Assembly (NCBI GenBank): GCA_031425655.1
Contig: JANPJS010000056.1
Coordinates: 1-27,984, forward strand
DNA length: 27,984 nucleotides
From: Abditibacteriaceae bacterium
GTDB lineage: Bacteria; Armatimonadota; Abditibacteriia; Abditibacteriales; Abditibacteriaceae
Direction of reading: 5' to 3'
Position 1 is the first letter of the stretch. Each line of letters opens with the position of its first letter. Shown here piece by piece: positions 17,367 through 24,411 of the stretch. The position numbers and the translations under genes were made by a program. The notes below the pieces were generated by a model, which saw only the letters and a list, made by a program, of their open reading frames with translations, had not been told where the DNA came from and ran no database searches.

Positions 17367-18569
17367 TCACGGCACCCAGCCGTGACGAAAATAAGCCGCT
17401 GCCAAAAACAAATTCAGCACGAAAGCGAATTCCAATGCAAGGCGTTGGCGCGCCGGTGTTTTCCCGGCCCAGCGCGCGAGGGTGAGATAAAGCGGAAACG
17501 CCAGCATCATGTGGCGCGGCAGGCTGAGCAGAGGCTGCGCCGCACCGTTGAAATAGCACAGCGAAAGCAGCGTGATCGTAAGCGCGAACAATCGCTCGGT
17601 CGCGTGCAGGCTTTTCCAACCGCACAGAGCCAAAATCACCATCGCGCCGCCGAGGAAAAGGTCAATCGCCAGATGATAAGCCTGCGGCGTCGTCACGAGG
17701 CGCTGCCACTGCGCGCCAACGGTTTGCCACGGCGGAGCCAAATGCTGTCCCGGCACCACGTTTTGCGAGGCCGGCGACACCAAAAGGCCGCGCACCAGCT
17801 CGATTGCGCTCTGCGCGCGGGTCGCATCGAAGTCGTGCAGCACGCGCAAACGATAAACCACAAAAGCGCCATATCCGGCAAAAATCAGCAGCAGCGAAAA
17901 CGCATCGCGCCAGCGCCGCGTCGCAGCGATTTGCCACGCCAGAGGCAGCGCCAAAGCCAAGCCCTGCTGTCGCGTTAAGCACGCAAACGCGCCTAACGCG
18001 CCGGCCAGCCACAAGCGATTATCGCGCATGGCCCAGATCGAACCCAATGCCAGCAGCAGAAACAGGCTTTCGTTATACGGCGCCAGCAGCAAAAAGCCGC
18101 ACAATCCTCCAAAAAGCAAAGCCGGCGCGCCGAAAGCCAGCGATTCACCGTGAAATTTAGCCGCGTAACGCGCGAAAACAAGGCACAAACCAAGCGATGC
18201 CAACGTGGAAATCAGCAGCAACGCGGCCCCGGCGGACAAACCGAGTTTCAGCAGCGGCCATGAGAGTAGCGGAAATAACGGATGAAAGGCGCTTTGCCCT
18301 TGCTTTAAATCGTAGCCGCGCCCCACGATGTTCGCGTAGTGCAAAGCATCGTAGCGCATCCACGGCGCCACCAAAACGCGCTCGGCCCAATCGGCTTTCG
18401 GCTGAGGCGGCCACACCGCGATTCTTTTTTCCAGCGGCGTGTCGGGGAATTTGGCGCTGATCGGCACCGCCCACAGCCCGAAAATTAAACGCAAAAGCAC
18501 AATGGCGCCCAATGCGCCGCCGAAAGTGCGAAGGTTGATTTTAGAAGATGATTTCGATGGAGGACGCAT
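17367..18569 (-). CDS. GT-C fold membrane glycosyltransferase (PIG-V-like mannosyltransferase family)
   Basis: WMRYDALHYANIVGRGY, AFHPLFPLL, YNESLFLLL, ACLTRQQG and SLPRH...FP; polytopic membrane protein. Confidence 0.85.
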   Translation of the reverse strand: MRPPSKSSSKINLRTFGGALGAIVLLRLIFGLWAVPISAKFPDTPLEKRIAVWPPQPKADWAERVLVAPWMRYDALHYANIVGRGYDLKQGQSAFHPLFPLLSWPLLKLGLSAGAALLLISTLASLGLCLVFARYAAKFHGESLAFGAPALLFGGLCGFLLLAPYNESLFLLLALGSIWAMRDNRLWLAGALGAFACLTRQQGLALALPLAWQIAATRRWRDAFSLLLIFAGYGAFVVYRLRVLHDFDATRAQSAIELVRGLLVSPASQNVVPGQHLAPPWQTVGAQWQRLVTTPQAYHLAIDLFLGGAMVILALCGWKSLHATERLFALTITLLSLCYFNGAAQPLLSLPRHMMLAFPLYLTLARWAGKTPARQRLALEFAFVLNLFLAAAYFRHGWVP

Positions 18570-18726
18570 GAAATTGTAGGGGCGCAATAGTCTCGTTTTT
18601 CGGATTCCTCAATGCTGCCGCGCCCAACAACAGACAAAGTGCAAACCATCGTTTCATACAGTCAGTTTAGACCGGCGAGTTGTGGCGAGTCGAAACGGAG
18701 ATTATTCAGAATTGGGCAGATGAATG

Positions 18727-18762
18727 GAAAATGGCACCGGACATAATTATGCCCGGTGCCAT
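18727..18762 (-). terminator. Intrinsic terminator closing the minus-strand islet
   Basis: Minus strand reads ATGGCACCGGGCATAATTATGTCCGGTGCCAT then TTTCC. The single mismatch is a G-U pair only on the minus strand. Confidence 0.7.
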
Positions 18763-18768
18763 CTTAGC

Positions 18769-18966
18769 TCACTCATCTGAATCGCTGTCCCATGGTTGCG
18801 GCCAAGGATCAGGCGCCTGATTTGTAGGAGGCAAACTCTTTTCAAGTTTCTCGTGGGATGACTCTTCCCTCCTTTCTATTATGTGCCGATCTTCGCGTGA
18901 TGGTAGCGGCGGCGGTGGCGAGTGATCGGACTCACGGGGATGAAACCTGTCATTGTCTTGCGGCAT
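18769..18966 (-). CDS. Small Pro-rich/acidic, probably disordered hypothetical protein
   Basis: AAGGAG RBS upstream of the ATG, overlap with the end of the upstream gene, and a stop just before the terminator. Confidence 0.5.
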   Translation of the reverse strand: MPQDNDRFHPRESDHSPPPPLPSREDRHIIERREESSHEKLEKSLPPTNQAPDPWPQPWDSDSDE

Positions 18967-19540
18967 TGTCGTTCTCCTTTTGTGCTGACGCGTTTTTGGG
19001 ATACCACAGAGAATCTGTGGGGATTTCGTGCAAAACTTCTTTCATGATCTTTCTCAACTCTTTCTTGGAAGGAGAAAGGTCATCCTTTTCAGCCAATTTC
19101 TTAATGTTGGCATCAATTTCCTTGAATCTTTTCCAGTCCTGCGTCGAAATAGATTGTGCTATCTGGATGTCGCGCACAACTACCCTTAGGTCATGGAAGA
19201 GATCGTTGTAGCCGGTTCTCTGTTTAGTCAGGCGTTCTATCTCAACAGAAATTTTTAGAATGGGGTGAATTATTGCAACAACAACGGCAAACCCACTCAA
19301 AATTTTCCATAACGTAGTTCCAAAACCCTCCTTCCAAATAACCCATGCTGCAACTGCACTTGAGTTCAAAACAGCTAAGCCAATTTCAAAAGCCTTAGCT
19401 ATGCAGTGGGTTTTCTTTAACTGCCTTTCATAGTAAGTGCAATTCATTGACGCACTCCGATAGGCGTCATAAATTTCTTTCAAGTGAGCTTTTACTTTGG
19501 CTCTCTCGTCTGCGGTTGTGGTTGGCAGGATGGTCAGCAT
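18950..19540 (-). CDS. Two-TM protein resembling SLATT-family effectors
   Basis: Helical N-terminus, two closely spaced hydrophobic helices (FEIGLAVLNSSAVAAWVIW; LWKILSGFAVVVAIIHPIL) and a helical C-terminal region. AT-rich with atypical codon usage. Start is ATG 19540 or GTG 19552. Confidence 0.55.
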   Translation of the reverse strand: MLTILPTTTADERAKVKAHLKEIYDAYRSASMNCTYYERQLKKTHCIAKAFEIGLAVLNSSAVAAWVIWKEGFGTTLWKILSGFAVVVAIIHPILKISVEIERLTKQRTGYNDLFHDLRVVVRDIQIAQSISTQDWKRFKEIDANIKKLAEKDDLSPSKKELRKIMKEVLHEIPTDSLWYPKNASAQKENDNAARQ

Positions 19541-19661
19541 GGCAGACAGCACTCGATTTGATATTTTCTAACTTCTCTCTCGCAAGGGCGTTCGACTGAG
19601 GGCAGACTTAAGCGAGAAGTATAACGGAAGTATAGAACTGAATAATACTTGATAGGGAGTG

Positions 19662-19823
19662 TTATATCAATATCTTTTCTGACTCTCCCTTACCGCAAAG
19701 TTGTCGCCCCCTCGTGACCAGAATCCCTCCGGCGATTTCGATGCGTTCGTGTTCTGGCTGCGCTTGATCGGTGAAGCAAAGCCAACCGCTGGTGTCCACG
19801 AAGATGCTATTTCTCATCATCAT
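19662..19823 (-). pseudogene. Truncated PIN-domain (VapC-like) toxin
   Basis: Hand translation MMMRNSIFVDTSGWLCFTDQAQPEHER..., stopping after 53 aa. It overlaps the antitoxin stop and is absent from the ORF track. Confidence 0.8.
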
Positions 19824-20079
19824 GGGTGTTCATCACTTCTTCGGCGAGATAGAAGTCGTGCCGCGCGGCTAAATCGGGCGTTTCGGAATTAAAAATACCG
19901 GCCAGTTTCATCAGAGGATGATTTTCCACTTCTTCGGGCGTCAGTTCGGGTTTGGCAGCCGTGCCGTTGCGCAGCCGGCGCAGGCAGTAGTCCGCGACAT
20001 CCACGTCCAAAGAAGCGGCGCCACTTTCCAATTCGGCGAACACTTCATCGGGCACATCTAAAGTTAAGGTGTGGCTCAT
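19807..20079 (-). CDS. Putative type II antitoxin (RHH-like N-terminus)
   Basis: MSHTLTLDVPDEVFAEL N-terminus and PLMKLAGIFNSETPDLAARHDFYL C-terminus, a pattern typical of PIN-toxin partners; coupled to the PIN fragment. Confidence 0.75.
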   Translation of the reverse strand: MSHTLTLDVPDEVFAELESGAASLDVDVADYCLRRLRNGTAAKPELTPEEVENHPLMKLAGIFNSETPDLAARHDFYLAEEVMNTHDDEK

Positions 20080-20237
20080 AATACTCCTTCAAAACTTGAT
20101 TTTACAAACATCCGATAGGTGCGCTTCGCTACGGAAGAGCCGATTCATCCCACGCGCACGTCCCGCCCAAACAGCAACCACGCCGCGCGACTTGAGGTCT
20201 AAAATCCTCGCCAATTGAGAAAGGCCACGACGCAACC

Positions 20238-23102
20238 ATGAAACACTTGAAATTTCCGGCGCACCACGCGCTCCTGACCCTTATGCTGACAACCGCGCCC
20301 TGCGCGATTGTTTTCGCCGACGCGCCCGACGATCAATACAAGCAGGCCAGCGAGCTTTACAGCGCGCGATTGTATACGACCGCCGCGCAAGAATTGAAAA
20401 AATTCCTTGATGCCAACCCGACGCATCCGCAAGCCAAAATCGCGGCTTATCAATGGGCTTCGGCGATTTATCGCGCCGACAAAGGCAAAGACGGCCCCGA
20501 TTACGCCGCTGCTGCCGCCGCTTATGAATGGGCGCTGCAAAAGTATCCGACGGCCACGCCCGCCATCGTTTCCGCCGCGCGTTTCGAGATGGGCGAGTCC
20601 TATTATTTTCAAGAAAAGCCGGAAAAAACTATTCCCATCCTGACCGAGTTTTTGAAAAACCCCGGCGCGGGCGAAGAAGGCACCAATCGCGCGGCGTGGG
20701 CCAATTACTACATCGCGCAAAGCTATTTCGCGCAGAAAAAATACGCCGAAGCCAAAATCGCCTACGAGCGCGTGCGCGACAACTACGCGCAAAGCGAGCC
20801 GGCGCCCGATGCGCTCATGGAACTTGGCCTGATGAGCCTCGATAGCGGTCAGGCGCAAGCGGCGATTACGGCTTTTCAAACTGTAGTGGATAAATATCCC
20901 AAAGCCGAAGCCCTTGCCGAAGCGCGCGTGCGTTTGGGCGATGCCAACCTCGCCGCCAAAAAATACGCCGAAGCGCGTGCCGCCTATCAAGCCGCCGCTG
21001 CCGATACCAAAGCCGCCGCTTTCAAAAGCGATGTTTCGCTGGGCTTGGCCGACGCCGATTTCGCCGAGAAAAAATATCCCGAAGCCGCGCAGGGTTACGC
21101 GCAGGTTTTAGGTGCTATGAAAGCCGACAACCCGCGCCGCGCGACCGTGCAGTTGCGTCAGGGCAACAGCTTTTACAACGCGAAAAATTATCAACCGGCC
21201 ATCACAGCTTACGCGCCGCTTTTGGCCAGCGCCAACGCCGATTTAGCCGCGCCCGCGCTCTATTTCACCGCCGGAGCGCAGGCCGCGCAAAAGCAATTCG
21301 CGCCCGCAGCGGCCAATTATCAAAAGCTGCTCGACGCCTTTCCGACTCACGCTTTAGCGCCCAAAGCGGCGCTGCGTATGGGCGATGCGTGGGCCGAAGC
21401 CAAAAATCCGGGACAGGCAGCGCAGGCGTATAAAATCGTGCTCACGAAATACGATAAATCCGACGCCGCCAAAGAAGCGCAGGAAGCTTTAGCCGACCTC
21501 GCAGGCACGGCGGGAGCGAGCGCGGCGGTCGAAAGCGCCTTGCGCGACTTGCCCGCCGGCATCGCCGGAAACGCCAAACTGCGCCTCGCGCAAAACGCCT
21601 TCGATGCCGCCGATTGGGCCAAAGCCGCCCAACTCGCGCAGGGCATCGCCGATTCCAAACCCGACGCCGCAACCGGCGAAAATGCGCTCTATTTGGTGGC
21701 AACGGCCAAGCTGAATAACAAAGACGCGCCCGGCGCGTCGGAGGCGTATCGCAAGCTGATCGCGGCTTATCCGCAGGGCAAACTCACCGGCGAAGCGCGG
21801 TTGGGCTTGGCTTGGTCGCTGGAAGATCAGAAAAAATGGCCCGACGCCGAAGCCGCAGCCCGCGCGGCTTTAGCAAGCACTCTCAGCGCCGAACTGAAAC
21901 CCCGCGCGCAACTCACTTTGGCCGGCGCGCTTTTCAACGGCGCCAAATATGCGGACGCCGCGACCGCTTTCGCTGCCGTCGAAACCGCGACCGATAAAAC
22001 TTTCGCATCGCAAGCCGCGCAGGGCGGCGCTCTGGCGTTGGAAAAGCAAAACCTGTGGCCTCAAGCCGCCACGCGCTGGGCCAAATATGCCGCGCTATCC
22101 GGCGATGCCAAAACCAAAAGCGAGGCGCTTTTTCGCCAAGCGTCGGCGCTGAACAAGGCCAAAGATGCCGGTGCCTTGGCCGCTTTCGATGCCGCCATCG
22201 TCGCCGACCCGAAAGGCGATTTTGCCGCGAATGCGCTCTACGAAAGCGCGTGGCTTTTGCACGACGCCAAAAGCCCCGATGAAGCCGCGCGCTGGGCACG
22301 CCTGGAAAACGATTTCCCAACCAATAAATTGGTGCCCGAAGCGATTTTTCAGCAGGGCGAAATCGCGTTTGCTGCGAAAAAATGGGATGATGCGGCTGCT
22401 GCTTACCGCCGCACGATGAAAAAGACCAATGGCGCCGTTTTCGTTCCACCGAAACCGACGGCTGGCACGTCTAATAACAATCAGGGGAACACTCCCGGCG
22501 ACATTGCATCGCGCGCCGCTTACCAACTGGGCACCGTGCTTTACAACAGCGAAAAATGGGCTGACGCTGGCCCTGCTTTCGACTTGGCCGCCGCGAGCAA
22601 AGAGCGTTTCTCCTTCGAAGCGCCGTTCTGGGCCGCCGAAAGCTATCGTCGCGCCGGAAATTTGAAAGAAGCCGCAACACGCTATGAGACTTTCGTGAAA
22701 AGCGTCGAAGGCGGAGCCGCGACCATCCCCGCCGATCTGAAAACGTATCTGCCGGCGGCGCGCTTAGGTTGGGGCCAGAGCGTGACGGACGCGGCTCAAG
22801 CGGCGCAGATTTATCAGCCCGCGCTGGCCGGGGCGAGCGGAAAAACCAAAACTGAACTCTCCTTTCGCTTAGGCGAATCGCTTTCCAAACAAGGCAAATA
22901 TCAGGACGCGATTGTGCCTTTAATTGGCGTCGCCACCGGCGCGGCGGACAGCGAATGGGGCGCGCAAGCCCAATGGTTAGCCGCCGACGCTTTGGAAAAG
23001 ACCGGCGCCAAAGGCGATGCGCTCGCTCTTTATCGCAAACTCGCCGAGCGCCAAACCGATTTCACCGCCAAAGCGCAGGCCAAAGTGAAAGAATTGGAGT
23101 AG
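20238..23102 (+). CDS. Large secreted tetratricopeptide-repeat protein (repeated CpoB/YbgF/BamD-like TPR units)
   Basis: Sec-type signal (...AIVFA-DAP) and many Ala-rich TPR motifs (e.g. AAITAFQTVVDKYPKAEALAEARVRLGD). Confidence 0.88.
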   Translation: MKHLKFPAHHALLTLMLTTAPCAIVFADAPDDQYKQASELYSARLYTTAAQELKKFLDANPTHPQAKIAAYQWASAIYRADKGKDGPDYAAAAAAYEWALQKYPTATPAIVSAARFEMGESYYFQEKPEKTIPILTEFLKNPGAGEEGTNRAAWANYYIAQSYFAQKKYAEAKIAYERVRDNYAQSEPAPDALMELGLMSLDSGQAQAAITAFQTVVDKYPKAEALAEARVRLGDANLAAKKYAEARAAYQAAAADTKAAAFKSDVSLGLADADFAEKKYPEAAQGYAQVLGAMKADNPRRATVQLRQGNSFYNAKNYQPAITAYAPLLASANADLAAPALYFTAGAQAAQKQFAPAAANYQKLLDAFPTHALAPKAALRMGDAWAEAKNPGQAAQAYKIVLTKYDKSDAAKEAQEALADLAGTAGASAAVESALRDLPAGIAGNAKLRLAQNAFDAADWAKAAQLAQGIADSKPDAATGENALYLVATAKLNNKDAPGASEAYRKLIAAYPQGKLTGEARLGLAWSLEDQKKWPDAEAAARAALASTLSAELKPRAQLTLAGALFNGAKYADAATAFAAVETATDKTFASQAAQGGALALEKQNLWPQAATRWAKYAALSGDAKTKSEALFRQASALNKAKDAGALAAFDAAIVADPKGDFAANALYESAWLLHDAKSPDEAARWARLENDFPTNKLVPEAIFQQGEIAFAAKKWDDAAAAYRRTMKKTNGAVFVPPKPTAGTSNNNQGNTPGDIASRAAYQLGTVLYNSEKWADAGPAFDLAAASKERFSFEAPFWAAESYRRAGNLKEAATRYETFVKSVEGGAATIPADLKTYLPAARLGWGQSVTDAAQAAQIYQPALAGASGKTKTELSFRLGESLSKQGKYQDAIVPLIGVATGAADSEWGAQAQWLAADALEKTGAKGDALALYRKLAERQTDFTAKAQAKVKELE

Positions 23103-23106
23103 TTTT

Positions 23107-23194
23107 CTCGATACTTGATGCTGGATTCTTGATAATCGCCGCGCAGTATTCCATGCCGTTATCGGGCATCGAGTAACCAGCATCAAGTATCGAG
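23107..23194. repeat. Inverted heptamer-type repeat element
   Basis: ctcgatacttgatgctgg (23107-23124) pairs perfectly with ccagcatcaagtatcgag (23177-23194). Confidence 0.85.
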
Positions 23195-23232
23195 TGTCAA
23201 ACCCCGAACTCAGGTAAATGGAGAAGTAAGAC

Positions 23233-23892
23233 ATGAACATGGAGAAATTTATCGCCTCGGCGATTGGAACGGCGCCGCTTTTAGTGATGTTGGCCATTAT
23301 CACATTAGTGCTTTTTTCGATGCTGTCCATCACGGTCGTCATCGAGCGCGCTCTGGCCCTCAAGCGCATTCGCGGCATCGAAGACGCCGATTATCGCTCG
23401 ATCAAAGAAATGCTGATGCGCGGCCAGTTCGACGCGGTGCGCGCTTCCGTCGCGGCTTCGCAGGCGCCCAGCGCCATGACTTTGCAGGCCGGTTTCGATT
23501 TGCAAAACATCAATCCCGACTTGGCGCACGAAGCCGTCACGCAGGAAATCGAAGTGCAGTGCGCCGAATTGAACCGCAATCTGCCGATTCTTGCGACCGT
23601 GGCCTCAACTGCGCCGTATATCGGCTTGTTCGGCACCGTGCTTGGCATCTTGAACGCCTTTCATAAAATCGCCGAAACCGGACAAACCGGCGCCGCCGTC
23701 GTCGCCGCGCCGATTGCCGAGGCGCTTTTTGCGACGGCTGTTGGCTTGGGTGTGGCGATTCCCGCCGTCATGGCCTACAACTTTTTCAGCGGGCGCGTGA
23801 ATGATCTCAGCTTGCGCGTCGAGACGCACGCGCTGGATATGGCGGCGCGTCTGCCCGGTATGAGAGTCAAGACCGAAGCGGAGCAGATTTAA
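23233..23892 (+). CDS. MotA/TolQ/ExbB proton-channel family protein
   Basis: LATVASTAPYIGLFGTVLGI and IAEALFATAVGLGVAIPA motifs. Confidence 0.95.
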   Translation: MNMEKFIASAIGTAPLLVMLAIITLVLFSMLSITVVIERALALKRIRGIEDADYRSIKEMLMRGQFDAVRASVAASQAPSAMTLQAGFDLQNINPDLAHEAVTQEIEVQCAELNRNLPILATVASTAPYIGLFGTVLGILNAFHKIAETGQTGAAVVAAPIAEALFATAVGLGVAIPAVMAYNFFSGRVNDLSLRVETHALDMAARLPGMRVKTEAEQI

Positions 23893-24329
23893 TGGGAATG
23901 CACGTTCAATATCACGGCAGCCGGGGCAAACGCTCGCGTGCGCCGATGGCCGAAATCAACATCATCCCGCTCGTTGACGTGGTTTTAGTGCTGCTCATCA
24001 TTTTCATGGCGACGACAGCGTTCGTCAAAGAATCGGGCTTGAAAATGGAGCTTCCGACCGCCAAGTCCACCGAAACGCGGCAAGATGAGCAACTGGATTT
24101 ATCCATCGCGTTAACGCGCGATAACAAGATTTATCTGAACGCCAAACTCAGCAGCCTGCCCGCAGTGGAAGCCGCGATGCGTCAGGCCGCCAAACGCAAT
24201 GCGACCACGCCGGTCATCATCAAAGGCGACGAAAATATCGAATACAAGCGCGTGGTCGAAGTGATGGATTTGGCCAAGCAGTCTGGGCTTCCCAAAGTGG
24301 CTTTGGGCACACGTTTGCCGGACAAGTGA
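23892..24329 (+). CDS. ExbD/TolR biopolymer transport family protein
   Basis: EINIIPLVDVVLVLLIIFM with the conserved TM Asp, and IIKGDENIEYKRVVEVMD; TAATG overlap with the upstream gene. Confidence 0.95.
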   Translation: MGMHVQYHGSRGKRSRAPMAEINIIPLVDVVLVLLIIFMATTAFVKESGLKMELPTAKSTETRQDEQLDLSIALTRDNKIYLNAKLSSLPAVEAAMRQAAKRNATTPVIIKGDENIEYKRVVEVMDLAKQSGLPKVALGTRLPDK

Positions 24330-24397
24330 GGTGGTTGGGTAGTTAAGTGGTTAGGCGGTTATATCCAGCTACCCAACAACTCAACCACCCAACAACC
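24330..24397. repeat. Inverted octamer-like arrays (gtggttgg / ccaacaac)
   Basis: ggtggttgggtagttaagtggttaggcggtt ... ctacccaacaactcaaccacccaacaacc. Confidence 0.7.
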
Positions 24398-24411
24398 TTC
24401 CGAAGGAAATC

